NCBI GenBank assembly: GCA_015657635.1
Contig: JACDQM010000034.1
Location: 9,925-73,924 of the forward strand
DNA length: 64,000 nt
Direction: 5' to 3'
DNA from: Roseateles sp.
Lineage (GTDB): Bacteria; Pseudomonadota; Gammaproteobacteria; Burkholderiales; Burkholderiaceae_C
Shown: piece after piece, positions 9,690 to 24,169 of the stretch
Position numbering within the stretch: position 1 is the stretch's first letter
Layout: each line of letters opens with the position of its first letter
Position numbers and translations under genes: made by a program
Notes under the pieces: model-generated
Told to the model about the DNA's origin: nothing
What the model saw: only the letters and a program-made list of their open reading frames with translations
Databases searched by the model: none

Positions 9690-10217
9690 ATGTTTTTTGA
9701 TCCATCGATGCTGTTCTCTCCGGCCCAGGGCTTCGGCTACCTGGCCTTCGGCATGGGCATGGCCTGCTTTGCGCAGACCGACGACAAGCGCTTCAAGGTC
9801 TTCATGGCCCTTGAGTGCCTGGCCTACGTGGTCCACTTCGCACTGCTGGGCCAGCCAACCGCCGTGGCCAGCAGCCTGGTGTCGCTGGCGCGCTCGGTGG
9901 CTGCGATGCGTTTTCGCCAGCCGCGGGTCGGCGTGTTCTTCATCCTGCTGAGCCTGGTGCTGGGCCTGTGGCTCCAGCAAAGCTGGGCCTCGATGCTGCC
10001 CATCCTGGCCTCGTGCATCGGCACCTTCGCGCTGTTCTTCCTGCAAGGCCTGCGCATGCGCTTGTTGATGCTGCTGGGCACCGGCCTGTGGTTGTGCAAC
10101 AACCTGATCGTCGGCTCGGTCGGCGGCAGCCTGCTGGAAGCGACGCTGCTGCTGACGAACAGCTGGACCATCTGGCGGCTCTGGCGTGCGCGGCCAGAAG
10201 GACACGCTCAGGCCTAA
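9690..10217 (+). CDS. ygjV: YgjV-family inner-membrane protein
   Basis: 175 aa with about five hydrophobic helices. The YgjV-like pattern is FGYLAFGMGMACF...DKRFKV...ALECLAYVVHFALLGQPTA...N. Confidence 0.6.
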   Translation: MFFDPSMLFSPAQGFGYLAFGMGMACFAQTDDKRFKVFMALECLAYVVHFALLGQPTAVASSLVSLARSVAAMRFRQPRVGVFFILLSLVLGLWLQQSWASMLPILASCIGTFALFFLQGLRMRLLMLLGTGLWLCNNLIVGSVGGSLLEATLLLTNSWTIWRLWRARPEGHAQA

Positions 10218-10242
10218 GGCCGGCGCACAACCCGGCCAGGGC

Positions 10243-11196
10243 TCAGTCAGCCATGTCGACCAGGTCCTGCATCAGCTCCGGCGCGATCACCGCACCGCGA
10301 TGCTGGATCACGCGCGCCGCCAGGCGGTTGCCGAATTCGGCCGCTGGCAGCGCATCCGCACCGAGCAGTCGGCGACTCAGATAGCCGGCGGCGAAGGAGT
10401 CTCCCGCCGCCGTGGTGTCCACCACCTTGGGCACGCTCACTGTCGGCGCTTCCTGCCAGTCGCTGTGGCCGGCCTGGCGCAGCAGGGTGGAGGCGGCGCC
10501 GCGCTTGATCAGGATCTCCGGCGGGGCCAGCTGCCGCGCATGCGCCACCGCCTCGTCCAGCGAGCCCAGGCCCATCACGGCCTGATGGTCGTCAGCCGTC
10601 ACCAGGGCGACCGTGGCCAGATGAAAGGCGCGGTTGAAGCAGGCCCTTGCCGTCAAAGGGTCCGGCCACAGGCGCGGCCGGTAATTGTTGTCGAACACCA
10701 CCTGCGCGCCCAACGCGCGCATCGACGCCATCAGCGCATAAACCCGCTCACGCGCCACTGGCGACAGGATGGCGAGGCTGATGCCACTCAGATAGAAGGT
10801 GCCGAACTCGTGGCAGCGCGCCTCCAGCGGCGTCTGCGCCGCCTCGAAATACAGGCGCGCTGCGCTGGAGTCGCGCCAGAAGTGGAAGCTGCGTTCGCCG
10901 CGCTCATCCAGCTCGATCATGTACATGCCCGGCAACTTGCCCGGCATGCGCCGCACCAGGCTCAGGTCCAGGCCCTGCGCCTGCCAGCGCTGCAGCAGGC
11001 CCTGGCTCAGCGGATCGTCGCCCAGCGCCGTGGCATAGCTGACCTCGATGCCAGCCGCCCGCCCGCAGCGCGCCAGATAGACCGCCGTGTTGAAGGTGTC
11101 GCCGCCATAGGCCTGGGTCAGTGTGCCAAAGGCCTGACCCTGCAGCTCCAGCATGCATTCGCCCAGCAAAACCACCTTGTGAGGTGCCGCCTCCAT
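10243..11196 (-). CDS. kdgK: 2-dehydro-3-deoxygluconokinase (KdgK, PfkB family)
   Basis: 317 aa. Motifs are VVLLGECMLEL, GGDTFNTAVYLAR and the C-terminal PfkB signature VVDTTAAGDSFAAGYL. Confidence 0.9.
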   Translation of the reverse strand: MEAAPHKVVLLGECMLELQGQAFGTLTQAYGGDTFNTAVYLARCGRAAGIEVSYATALGDDPLSQGLLQRWQAQGLDLSLVRRMPGKLPGMYMIELDERGERSFHFWRDSSAARLYFEAAQTPLEARCHEFGTFYLSGISLAILSPVARERVYALMASMRALGAQVVFDNNYRPRLWPDPLTARACFNRAFHLATVALVTADDHQAVMGLGSLDEAVAHARQLAPPEILIKRGAASTLLRQAGHSDWQEAPTVSVPKVVDTTAAGDSFAAGYLSRRLLGADALPAAEFGNRLAARVIQHRGAVIAPELMQDLVDMAD

Positions 11197-11210
11197 GAAA
11201 GCCCCTATCT

Positions 11211-11233
11211 ATTTGAAACGCTGTTTCGTTATT
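11211..11233. promoter_or_regulatory. KdgR-like operator candidate in the kdgK<>udh divergent region (a further half-site lies at 11256-11266)
   Basis: atTTGAAACgctGTTTCGTTatt is a near-perfect GAAAC-N3-GTTTC palindrome. A second TGAAACAGTAC lies 25 nt downstream. The region is AT-rich relative to its surroundings. Confidence 0.6.
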
Positions 11234-11289
11234 CTGATGGCGCAAGCACTCTTTTTGAAACAGTACTCACCCTGAGTTCCTGAACGCAC

Positions 11290-12144
11290 ATGGCCGCTGT
11301 CTCGACCGACACCCTCCCCGACGACCACACCCCAGCCCTGCTGCTGACGGGTGCGGCCGGCGCGCTGGGCCGCGTCCTGCGCTCGCCCCTGGGACGGCTG
11401 TGCGATGGAGGCCAGCCCTATGCCGCGCTGCGCCTGAGCGACCGGGCCGCGCTGGCCCAGCCCGCTGACCCGCATGAGCAGGACCACCCCTGCGAGCTGG
11501 CCGACCGCGCAGCGATGGAGATGCTATTGCAGGGCGTGGCCGCAGTTGTGCATCTGGGCGGCGTGGCGGTGGAGAGCCCGTTCGAGCCGATCTGCGAAGC
11601 CAATATCCGCGGCGTCTTCCACCTGTATGAAGCCGCTCGCCTGGCGGGCACGCGGCGCATCGTGCTGGCCAGCTCCAACCACGTCAGCGGCTGCTATGAA
11701 CAAGGTCAGCCCATCGGACCGGCCGATCTGCCGCGGCCCGATGGCTATTACGGTGTCAGCAAGCTGTTCGCCGAACAGATGGCGCAGCTCTATTGGGACC
11801 GCTACGGCATCGAGAGCGTCTGCCTGCGGCTGGGCACCGTGGCGGCCGAGCCGCAAGACCGGCGCGCCCTGTCCACTTGGCTGAGCTTCGGCGATCTGGA
11901 GCGTCTGGTGCGGGCTGCGCTGAGCGCCAAAGACGTGGGTTGCCTGACGGTCTACGGCGTGTCGGCCAATCCGGCGCGCTGGTGGAGCGACGCCGGTTGG
12001 GCGCAGCTGGGCTACCGCCCACAGGACAGCGCCGAGGCCTGGCGCGAGCAGGTGCAGCATGTCGGTCCGCCGGCCGATTCGCCGATGGCGCGGCTGCAGG
12101 GCGGCAGTTTCCTGGGCCTGGGTCCGTTCGAGCGCCAGCCATGA
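11290..12144 (+). CDS. udh: uronate dehydrogenase (Udh, NAD-dependent epimerase/dehydratase fold)
   Basis: 284 aa. Motifs are LLLTGAAGALGRVLR, VVHLGGVAVESPFE, IVLASSNH, PDGYYGVSKLFAEQMA, LSTWLS..D and RLQGGSF, matching the Udh pattern. Confidence 0.8.
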   Translation: MAAVSTDTLPDDHTPALLLTGAAGALGRVLRSPLGRLCDGGQPYAALRLSDRAALAQPADPHEQDHPCELADRAAMEMLLQGVAAVVHLGGVAVESPFEPICEANIRGVFHLYEAARLAGTRRIVLASSNHVSGCYEQGQPIGPADLPRPDGYYGVSKLFAEQMAQLYWDRYGIESVCLRLGTVAAEPQDRRALSTWLSFGDLERLVRAALSAKDVGCLTVYGVSANPARWWSDAGWAQLGYRPQDSAEAWREQVQHVGPPADSPMARLQGGSFLGLGPFERQP

Positions 12145-13073
12145 GCCTGAGCGCCCGCCCCGAGCTCTGGTGGCAAGGCCCCAGCGCGCTGGCCGAGAGC
12201 CCGCTGTGGTCGGCGCTGGAGCAAGCCTTCTACTGGGTGGATATCAGTGGCTGCCGCCTGTGGCGCCATGATGGCTCGACTGCAGCCGCGCAAAGCTGGG
12301 AGATGCCGACCCCACCCGGCTGCATCGCCTTGGGCTCCCAAGCCGGTGAGTTGCTGGTGGCGCTGAGCGACAGCGTGCAGCTGCTGAAGCTGCTGCCCCA
12401 AGGGCGTTGGACGGGCCGCCGCGTGGCCGGCGCCAACCACGCCCCAGACATGCGCTTCAACGATGGCCGCTGTGATCGGCAGGGGCGCTTCTGGGTCGGC
12501 AGCATGGCCTTGAACCCGGATGAGTCGCCCGCGCGCGGGCGGCTGGCGCGCCTGCAGCTCGCGGGCGAGCACGCCAGCTGGCAGCCGGCCCTGCGCGAGC
12601 AGATGCAGATCCCCAACGGGCTGGCCTTCAGTCCCGATGGCGCACGCCTGTACTTCAGCGACTCGCATCGCTCGCAGGCCCGGGTCTGGGTCTGCGACTA
12701 CGACCCGGCCACGGGCCAGGCTGCCGCACCGCGGCCCTTCATCGACCGCCTGGCTTGCGGCCGCCCGGACGGCGCGGCGGTGGATGCCGACGGCGGCTAC
12801 TGGATCTGCGCCAACGACGGCGCTGCCGTGCTGCGCTACACGCCGACCGGCGTGCTGGACCGGCGCATCGATCTGCCGGTGGCCAAGCCCACCATGTGCG
12901 CTTTTGGCGGGCCGGACTTGGCCACGCTCTTGATCACGACCATGCGCCCTGCAGGCCCTGGTTTGTCTGCGACCCCGCTGGACGGCGCGCTGTTTGCGCT
13001 GTGTCCGGGGGTCACGGGCCTGGTGGAGACCCCCTTCGCGGGTGGACGCCAGCCCTTCTCACACGATGACTGA
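12141..13073 (+). CDS. SMP-30/gluconolactonase/LRE-family lactonase (probable uronolactonase)
   Basis: Internal ATG of track ORF 11793..13073 with an ATGA overlap on the udh stop. The sequence reads [35 protein letters not shown]... with [26 protein letters not shown] and [15 protein letters not shown]. Confidence 0.8.
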   Translation: MSLSARPELWWQGPSALAESPLWSALEQAFYWVDISGCRLWRHDGSTAAAQSWEMPTPPGCIALGSQAGELLVALSDSVQLLKLLPQGRWTGRRVAGANHAPDMRFNDGRCDRQGRFWVGSMALNPDESPARGRLARLQLAGEHASWQPALREQMQIPNGLAFSPDGARLYFSDSHRSQARVWVCDYDPATGQAAAPRPFIDRLACGRPDGAAVDADGGYWICANDGAAVLRYTPTGVLDRRIDLPVAKPTMCAFGGPDLATLLITTMRPAGPGLSATPLDGALFALCPGVTGLVETPFAGGRQPFSHDD

Positions 13074-13095
13074 CAAACCCTGCGAGGAGACAAAA

Positions 13096-14076
13096 ATGAA
13101 CCGAACCCGTTTGACATTGACCACAGGCCTGATCGCCGCGGCGCTGGCCACACTGAGCCAAGGCGCCAGCGCGATGCAGCTGCGCTCGGCCGATGTGCAC
13201 AACAGCGACGACTACCCCACCGTGGCTGCCGTCCGCCATATGGGCGAACTGCTGAGCCAACGCAGCGGCGGCAAGTTCACAACCAAGGTCTTCAACAAGG
13301 GCGCGCTGGGCAGCGAGAAGGAAACCATCGACCAGGTCAAGATCGGCGCCCTGGAGATGACGCGGGTCAACATCAGCCCGATGAATGCGATCTGCGCCAA
13401 GACCCAGGTGCCGACCATGCCCTTCCTGTTCCGCTCGGTGGAGCACATGCGCAAGAGCCTGGACGGCCCGGCCGGCGAGGAGATCCTGAAGAGCTGCGAA
13501 CCCCAGGGCTTCATCGGTCTGGCCTTCTACGACAGCGGCGCGCGCTCGATCTACGGCCGCAAGCCCGTCAAGACCGTGGCCGATGCCAAGGGCATGAAGA
13601 TCCGCGTGCAGCAGTCCGATCTGTGGGTGGCCCTGATCGGCGCCATGGGCGCCAATGCCACGCCGATGCCGATCGGCGAGGTCTACACCGGGCTGAAGAC
13701 CGGCCTGATTGATGCGGCCGAGAACAATGTGCCTTCCTACGAAGGCTTCAAGCACTTCGAGGCGGTGAAATTTCTGTCCAGGACCGAGCATTCGATGGCG
13801 CCCGAGATGCTGTTGATGAGCAAGCTGGTGTTCGACAAGCTGAGCAAGGCAGAACAGGACATGATCCGCGCTGCGGCCAAGGAGTCAGTGGCCTTCCAGC
13901 GCAAGAAGTGGGACGAGCAGGAAGCCAGGTCGATGGCCTCGGTCAAAGCGAGCGGGGCTGAAATCATCGACGTCGACAAGGCGTCGTTCCAGGCGGTGAT
14001 GGCGCCGGTCTATGCCAAGTTCATGACCACGCCTGACCTGCAGCGCCTGGTCAAGACCATCCAGGACAGCAAATGA
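13096..14076 (+). CDS. dctP: TRAP transporter substrate-binding protein (DctP family), probably for a uronate/aldarate
   Basis: ATG at 13096 is preceded by GAGGAGA. There is a signal peptide ([13 protein letters not shown]), and the DctP-type body includes [25 protein letters not shown] and [11 protein letters not shown]. Confidence 0.85.
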   Translation: MNRTRLTLTTGLIAAALATLSQGASAMQLRSADVHNSDDYPTVAAVRHMGELLSQRSGGKFTTKVFNKGALGSEKETIDQVKIGALEMTRVNISPMNAICAKTQVPTMPFLFRSVEHMRKSLDGPAGEEILKSCEPQGFIGLAFYDSGARSIYGRKPVKTVADAKGMKIRVQQSDLWVALIGAMGANATPMPIGEVYTGLKTGLIDAAENNVPSYEGFKHFEAVKFLSRTEHSMAPEMLLMSKLVFDKLSKAEQDMIRAAAKESVAFQRKKWDEQEARSMASVKASGAEIIDVDKASFQAVMAPVYAKFMTTPDLQRLVKTIQDSK

Positions 14077-14615
14077 GCGCGTCGGTGCTGAGGCAGAGCC
14101 CGGCACCGGCACCCGGAACAGCAGGCTGGTTCACCCGCCTCTGCGCCAGCCTCTCCAAGCTGGCGCTGATGGTTGCGGTGGCGGGCCTGCTGGCCGTGGT
14201 GCTGTGCGTGCAATACCAGGTGGTCGGCCGCTATCTGTTCAACGACACACCCACCTGGGCCGAGGCGCTGGCGATGCTGCTGGTGCTCTATGTCACGGCG
14301 TTGGGCGTGGCGGTGGGCGTGCGGGATGCCGGTCACATCGGGCTTGAATCCCTGCTGGTGCTGCTGCCCGAGAGACTGCGCCGCAAGCTGGAAATCCTGA
14401 TCCACCTGCTGGTGGCACTGTTCGGCGCCCTGATGCTGAAGGCGGGCTGGCTGTGGACCACGCTCAAGTGGGCCGAGAAGAAGCCCATGCTGGGCGTGCC
14501 CGAAGGCATGGACTATCTGCCGCTGGTGATCGCCGGCGCGCTGATCATCCTTTTCTCGATTGAACATGTCGTCGCGTTGCTGCGCGGCCAACAGGTGGAG
14601 CCCGCATGGAACTGA
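14073..14615 (+). CDS. dctQ: TRAP transporter small permease (DctQ)
   Basis: 180 aa with four hydrophobic helices. ATGA overlap with dctP, followed by dctM. Confidence 0.85.
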   Translation: MSASVLRQSPAPAPGTAGWFTRLCASLSKLALMVAVAGLLAVVLCVQYQVVGRYLFNDTPTWAEALAMLLVLYVTALGVAVGVRDAGHIGLESLLVLLPERLRRKLEILIHLLVALFGALMLKAGWLWTTLKWAEKKPMLGVPEGMDYLPLVIAGALIILFSIEHVVALLRGQQVEPAWN

Positions 14616-15895
14616 CGATTCTTGGCTTCAGCTTCGCGCTGCTGCTGATGCTTGGCGTGCCGGTAGCCTTCGCCATCGGCCTGGCCTCGGTGGCCACCAT
14701 CATCGCCGCCGGCCTGCCCGTGGCCGTGGTGTTCCAGAAGATGGTCGGCGGCATGCAGGTGTTCAGCTTCCTCGCGATTCCCTTCTTCGTGTTCGCCGGC
14801 GAGCTGATGCTCTATGGCGGCATCGCCGAACGCATCATCCGTTTCGCCAACAGCCTGGTCGGCCATGTGCGGGGCGGGCTCGGCATGAGTAATGTGGTGG
14901 GCTGCACGCTGTTCGGCGGCGTGGCCGGCTCGCCGCTGGCCGATGTCTCGGCCATGGGCTCGGTGATGATCCCGATGATGAAGAAGGAAGGCTACGACGC
15001 CGACTACGCCGTCAACGTCACCACCCACGCCTCGCTGGTGGGCGCGCTGATGCCGACCTCGCACAACCTGATCATCTTCACGCTCGCGGCAGCCGGCATC
15101 GCCTCGGTCAGCGTGTTCAGCCTGATCCTGGCGGCCCTGATACCGGCCGTGCTGCTCACGGTCTGCAATCTGGTCGCCGCCTATGGCGTGGCCGTCAAGC
15201 GGGGCTATCCGACGCATGGCACCTTCCCGGGCTGGCCTGCCGTGATGAAGGCCTTCGGCGCCGCACTGCCCGGCCTGCTGGTGGTGGTGATCATCCTGGT
15301 GGGCATCCTCAGCGGCGTCTTCACCGCCACCGAGTCGGCGGCGACAGCGGTGTTCTGGGCGCTGGCCATCACGGTGCTGGCCTACCGCTCACTGAGCTGG
15401 CAGAACTTCCTGAAGGCCTGCGCCAAGGCTTGCAAGACCACCGGCGTGGTGCTTTTCCTGATCGGCATCTCCTCGGCCTTCGGCTACTTCATGGCACTCT
15501 ATGAAGTGCCGCAGAAGACCGGCGAGCTGATGCAGTGGGTGACCAACGAGCCCTGGCTGATCTTCCTGATGGTCAATCTGCTGCTGTTCGTGCTGGGCAC
15601 CTTCCTGGACATGGCGGCCACCATCCTGATCTGCACGCCGATCTTTCTGCCCATCTGTCAGAAGTTCGGCATGGATCCGACGCAGTTCGGCATCGTCATG
15701 CTGCTCAACTGTTCGCTGGGCCTCAACACCCCGCCGGTGGGCACGACCCAGTTCGTCGGCTGTGCCATCGGGCAGATCTCGGTCGGCGAGGTGATGCGTT
15801 CGATCTGGCCGTTCTACGGCGCCCTGATCGTCACGCTGATGCTGGTCACCTATGTGCCCGCCTTCTCGCTGTGGCTGCCGGGACTGATGAAGTGA
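14606..15895 (+). CDS. dctM: TRAP transporter large permease (DctM)
   Basis: 429-aa polytopic protein with DctM motifs ([27 protein letters not shown]). It overlaps dctQ by 10 nt. Confidence 0.9.
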   Translation: MELTILGFSFALLLMLGVPVAFAIGLASVATIIAAGLPVAVVFQKMVGGMQVFSFLAIPFFVFAGELMLYGGIAERIIRFANSLVGHVRGGLGMSNVVGCTLFGGVAGSPLADVSAMGSVMIPMMKKEGYDADYAVNVTTHASLVGALMPTSHNLIIFTLAAAGIASVSVFSLILAALIPAVLLTVCNLVAAYGVAVKRGYPTHGTFPGWPAVMKAFGAALPGLLVVVIILVGILSGVFTATESAATAVFWALAITVLAYRSLSWQNFLKACAKACKTTGVVLFLIGISSAFGYFMALYEVPQKTGELMQWVTNEPWLIFLMVNLLLFVLGTFLDMAATILICTPIFLPICQKFGMDPTQFGIVMLLNCSLGLNTPPVGTTQFVGCAIGQISVGEVMRSIWPFYGALIVTLMLVTYVPAFSLWLPGLMK

Positions 15896-15905
15896 GGACC
15901 AGACC

Positions 15906-17447
15906 ATGAGCACAGCTCCTCGCCGCATCCGCATGCATGAGCGCGACAACGTCGCCATCGTGGTGAACGACGGCGGCCTGCCCGCCGGCACGCGCTTTGA
16001 GGACGGCCTGTGCCTGGTCGATGCCGTGCCGCAGGGCCACAAGCTGGCCCTGCACGCCATCGCGGCCGGCCAGCCGGTGCTGCGCTACGGCGTCTGCATC
16101 GGCCATGCACGCCAGCCGATTGCCACAGGGGCCTGGGTGCACGAGCGCCTGCTGCAGATGCCCGAGGCCCGCGCGCTGGACCAGCCCTTGCCCCGGCCTG
16201 AGCCGGCCCCGGCGCTGGCGCCCTTGGCCGGCTACAGCTTCCAGGGCTATCGCAATGCCGATGGTTCGGTGGGCACGCGCAACATCCTGGCCATCTCCAC
16301 CACGGTGCAATGCGTGGCCGGCGTGCTGAACCTGGCGCTGCAGCGCATCAAGGCTGAGCTGCTGCCGCTGTATCCGAACGTGGATGACGTGGTGGCGATC
16401 GAGCATGCCTACGGCTGCGGCGTCGCGATCGACGCGCCCGGCGCCGAGATCCCGATCCGCACGCTGCGCAATCTGGCGCTCAACCCCAACTTCGGCGGCG
16501 AGGTGATGCTGGTCTCGCTGGGCTGCGAGAAGCTGCAGCCGGATCGCCTGCTGCCACCGGGCAGCCTGCCGATCGCCGATGCCCAGGCCAGCAGCCGCGT
16601 GCGCCTGCAGGACGAGCAGCATGTGGGGCTGGGCTCGATGCTGGACAGCATCCTGGCGCAGGCCCGGGCGCACCTGGAACGGCTGAACCGACGCCAACGC
16701 GAAACCGTGCCGGCCAGCGAGCTGGTCGTGGGTCTGCAATGCGGCGGCAGCGACGCCTTCTCGGGCGTCACCGCCAACCCGGCGCTGGGCTTCTGCGCCG
16801 ATCTGCTGGTGCGCGCGGGCGCCACCGTGATGTTCTCGGAAGTCACCGAGGTGCGCGACGCGGTCGACCAGCTCGTCTCGCGGGCGGCCGATGCCGAGGT
16901 GGCCGAGGCCATCCAGCGCGAGCTGGCCTGGTACGACGCCTATCTGCAACGCGGCCGCAGCGACCGCAGCGCCAACACCACACCCGGCAACAAGGCGGGC
17001 GGACTGAGCAATATCGTCGAGAAGGCGATGGGGTCCGTCGTCAAGTCAGGCACGGCGCCCATCGCCGGCGTGGTGCCGCCGGGCGAGCGTGCCTGCAGCA
17101 AGGGCCTGCTGTTCGCCGCCACGCCGGCCAGCGACTTTGTCTGCGGCACCTTGCAGCTGGCCGCCGGCATGAATATGCATGTGTTCACCACCGGCCGCGG
17201 CACGCCCTACGGCCTGGCGGCCTGCCCGGTGATCAAGGTCGCCACGCGCACGGAGCTGGCCACCCGATGGCATGACCTGATGGACCTGGACGCCGGCCGC
17301 ATCGCCAGCGGCGAGGCCAGCATCGAGACCATGGGCTGGGAACTCTTTCATCTGATGCTGGACGTGGCCAGCGGCCGCCGCACCTGGTCCGAGCGCTGGG
17401 GCCTGCACAACGCCATGGTGCTGTTCAGTCCGGCGCCGATCACCTGA
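15906..17447 (+). CDS. garD: galactarate dehydratase (GarD; UxaA/GarD dehydratase family)
   Basis: 513 aa. Motifs are [101 protein letters not shown] and [10 protein letters not shown]. The pattern is closer to GarD than to altronate dehydratase as I remember the two, and the gene sits next to udh and the lactonase. Confidence 0.8.
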   Translation: MSTAPRRIRMHERDNVAIVVNDGGLPAGTRFEDGLCLVDAVPQGHKLALHAIAAGQPVLRYGVCIGHARQPIATGAWVHERLLQMPEARALDQPLPRPEPAPALAPLAGYSFQGYRNADGSVGTRNILAISTTVQCVAGVLNLALQRIKAELLPLYPNVDDVVAIEHAYGCGVAIDAPGAEIPIRTLRNLALNPNFGGEVMLVSLGCEKLQPDRLLPPGSLPIADAQASSRVRLQDEQHVGLGSMLDSILAQARAHLERLNRRQRETVPASELVVGLQCGGSDAFSGVTANPALGFCADLLVRAGATVMFSEVTEVRDAVDQLVSRAADAEVAEAIQRELAWYDAYLQRGRSDRSANTTPGNKAGGLSNIVEKAMGSVVKSGTAPIAGVVPPGERACSKGLLFAATPASDFVCGTLQLAAGMNMHVFTTGRGTPYGLAACPVIKVATRTELATRWHDLMDLDAGRIASGEASIETMGWELFHLMLDVASGRRTWSERWGLHNAMVLFSPAPIT

Positions 17448-17471
17448 GGCCTGCGGCGCGGGCTTCGCCCA

Positions 17472-17726
17472 TCAGATGGCCTTGGCCAGCTTGGCTGCGG
17501 CCAGCTTCAGGTCGCTCGGGGCGGCCCGGCGACCGGTGACGACAACCTGCGGCAAGCGCGCCACCTCGGCCGAGCTCTGCATGCGCTTGCCGACGATCAC
17601 GACCCGCTCCAGCTGCACGATCTCGGTCGCCGGCTGTGGCACCGGACCCGCAAAGCCCAGGGCAATGGCGGCGACGCCGGTGCAGACGATGGCGGCAAGG
17701 ACAAGTGCTTTGGAGGGGGTGGTCAT
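17472..17726 (-). CDS. small (84 aa) membrane-anchored or secreted hypothetical protein with a duplicated VV(I/V)(V/T)G(K/R)R motif
   Basis: Internal ATG of track ORF 17472..18065. The full sequence is MTTPSKALVLAAIVCTGVAAIALGFAGPVPQPATEIVQLERVVIVGKRMQSSAEVARLPQVVVTGRRAAPSDLKLAAAKLAKAI. It has an N-terminal hydrophobic helix. I do not recognise a family. Confidence 0.5.
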   Translation of the reverse strand: MTTPSKALVLAAIVCTGVAAIALGFAGPVPQPATEIVQLERVVIVGKRMQSSAEVARLPQVVVTGRRAAPSDLKLAAAKLAKAI

Positions 17727-18069
17727 CTGAGGCTCCCGTTGTGTTTTGCTGTTGGAATGCCTGCAGTGTCGGTTTCGACCGGCTGCCACACCAGCGCCGA
17801 GCGATGAGCTGCATGCCCGGCTGCATGACTTGTCATTGGCGACGATGTGCTGTCCTGCCACCCCGCCGCGGTCGACTGCCCGGGCGCCACTGCCGCCCTG
17901 GCGCACAGAGTCAAGGGTTTTCACCAATCTCCCTTCAGCCCCGTCGCTGGCGGCCGAAGTGCCAAGTACCCGCGCCGACACAACTTGGCCACAGTGCGTT
18001 CGCTGGAGCGGCGGCTTCGCGCCTACGATTGCAGCATGGTCTTTCGGTGAGGACAGGAGCAACACGCGG

Positions 18070-22239
<4,170 letters not shown>

Positions 22240-22271
22240 GCCCAGGCATTCCGAGCACCAAGGAGCACCGC

Positions 22272-23429
22272 ATGGAAAGCAGCGAGTACCTTCCACGTCC
22301 CACCGTGCTGGTGGTCGACGACACGCCCGACAACCTGAGTCTGATGGGCGCCCTGCTGAAGGACCTCTACAAGGTGAAGGTCGCCAACTCTGGCGAGCGG
22401 GCACTGAAGATCGCCATGGCCGACACACCGCCGGACATCATCCTGCTGGACATCATGATGCCGGAGATGGACGGCTACGAGGTGTGTCGGCGGCTGAAGG
22501 CCGAGCCGCGCACCCAGGACATTCCGGTGGTCTTCCTGACGGCCAAGAACGAGATCGAGGACGAGGCCCTGGGCTTCGAGGTCGGCGCTGTGGACTACAT
22601 CACCAAGCCTCTGTCGCCGCCGCTCGTGCTGGCGCGCGTCAAGGCGCAGCTGCAGCTGAAGTCGGCTGCCGACTTCCTGCGCGACAAGGCCAGCTTCCTG
22701 GAAAGCGAGGTCCAGCGCCGCACGCGCGAGGTCGCGGCCATCCAGGATGTCACCATCCTGGCCATGGCCTCGCTGGCCGAAACGCGAGACTCGGACACCG
22801 GCAACCACATCCGACGCACCCAGCACTACGTGCGCGCGCTGGCGCGCGCGCTGCAGAACCACCCCCGCTTTGCCCACTTCCTCAACGACCACACGATCGA
22901 GCTGCTCTACAAGTCGGCACCGCTGCACGACATCGGCAAGGTGGGCATACCGGACCGCATTCTGCTGAAGCCGGGGCGCTTCGAGCCGCACGAATTCGAG
23001 ATCATGAAGTCGCACACGACCCTGGGGCTCGAAGCGATCGAGCATGCCGAGCAGACGCTGGGCACCGAGGTCGAATTCCTCAGGGTCGCCAAGGAGATCG
23101 CCTACAGCCACCAGGAGAAGTGGGACGGCAGCGGCTATCCCCAGGGCCTGGCCGGAGATGCCATCCCGATCTCGGCCCGCCTGATGGCCATCGCCGATGT
23201 CTACGATGCCGTCATCAGCCGGCGCGTCTACAAGGAAGGCATGTCGCACGAGGAGGCCTGGCGCGTCATCGAACTGGGGCGCGGCAAGCATTTCGACCCG
23301 GATGTCGCCGAGGCCGCGATGGCCATCGCCGAAGAATTCAAGGCCATCGCCACCCGCTTCGCCGATACCGATGCGGATATGAAGCGCAAGTCCGACTACC
23401 TGGGTCACGCGGGCATTGGCAAGAGCTAG
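22272..23429 (+). CDS. response regulator with HD-GYP domain (RpfG-like c-di-GMP phosphodiesterase)
   Basis: The REC domain shows VLVVDDTPDN and LLDIMMPEMDGYEV. The HD-GYP domain has intact HDIGKVGIP and HQEKWDGSGYPQGL motifs. Confidence 0.9.
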   Translation: MESSEYLPRPTVLVVDDTPDNLSLMGALLKDLYKVKVANSGERALKIAMADTPPDIILLDIMMPEMDGYEVCRRLKAEPRTQDIPVVFLTAKNEIEDEALGFEVGAVDYITKPLSPPLVLARVKAQLQLKSAADFLRDKASFLESEVQRRTREVAAIQDVTILAMASLAETRDSDTGNHIRRTQHYVRALARALQNHPRFAHFLNDHTIELLYKSAPLHDIGKVGIPDRILLKPGRFEPHEFEIMKSHTTLGLEAIEHAEQTLGTEVEFLRVAKEIAYSHQEKWDGSGYPQGLAGDAIPISARLMAIADVYDAVISRRVYKEGMSHEEAWRVIELGRGKHFDPDVAEAAMAIAEEFKAIATRFADTDADMKRKSDYLGHAGIGKS

Positions 23430-23600
23430 ACCCTGGGCCCGCAAGAAGATGCGGGCCTGCCGCGCGTCGAGGCGAAGACCAGCAGGCGCGTCGCCACTCT
23501 CAAGCCGCCAGCGGCCATGGCATCATGCGGTGCATGCTCGCCAACAGCGGCTCGCCAACAGCGAACGGTCTGCACACCTAGCCGAGGTCAGCTCCCCGTC

Positions 23601-24035
23601 ATGTCACTCGAAGCCATTGCCTACACCAGCAGCGCGGTTCCAGGCCTCACCGAGGCGAGTCTCGAACACCTGCTGACACGCGCACGCCGCAACAACGAAG
23701 TGCTGGGCGTGAGCGGGGTGCTGCTCTTTCACGATGGTTCCTTCCTGCAGTATTTCGAAGGTCCTCCGGAGGCCGTGAGGCAGGTTTATGAGCGCATCCA
23801 GCGCTCGCCGATGCATCGCGACATCATCGAACTGATACGCGGCCCGATCGAAGAGCGAAGCTTCAGCAACTGGCTCATGGGCTTCACGCGCGTGCCGGAA
23901 TCCTCCGCACTCCAGATGTCCAACGCCTCCTGGAAGACGCGCCTGAGCCAAGCCAATCGGGCTGCCTCGGCCGCCGATTCCGATGGTCTGGATCTGCTGA
24001 AGCAGTTCTGGGCTTCGAACCGCGGCGCCGGATAG
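23601..24035 (+). CDS. stand-alone BLUF-domain blue-light/FAD sensor protein (144 aa)
   Basis: Internal ATG of track ORF 23517..24035. The sequence reads MSLEAIAYTSSAV...RRNNEVLGVSGVLLFHDGSFLQYFEGPPEAVRQVYERIQRSPMHRDIIEL...SNWLMGF. This contains the BLUF Tyr, Gln (FLQYFEG) and Trp/Met signature positions. Confidence 0.85.
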   Translation: MSLEAIAYTSSAVPGLTEASLEHLLTRARRNNEVLGVSGVLLFHDGSFLQYFEGPPEAVRQVYERIQRSPMHRDIIELIRGPIEERSFSNWLMGFTRVPESSALQMSNASWKTRLSQANRAASAADSDGLDLLKQFWASNRGAG

Positions 24036-24133
24036 CCTTCTGGCGAACTCCGGGCTGAGCCGCCGCAGCGCGGTCTTGCCCGGTTGCCCGGCCTGTCGGG
24101 GACGCGGCCAGTCGGTGCATCCGACATCTGCCT

Positions 24134-24162
24134 CTTGAAAGCCGGGCGCGCACCCATATAAT
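24134..24162 (+). promoter_or_regulatory. groESL promoter: sigma32-type CTTGAA-N13-CCCATATA overlapping a sigma70-like TTGAAA-N16-TATAAT
   Basis: Sequence cTTGAAAgccgggcgcgcaCCCATATAAT. The 13-nt spacing from CTTGAA to CCCAT matches heat-shock promoter geometry. The same bases also read as a near-consensus -35/-10 pair. Confidence 0.6.
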
Positions 24163-24169
24163 CGTTCTG

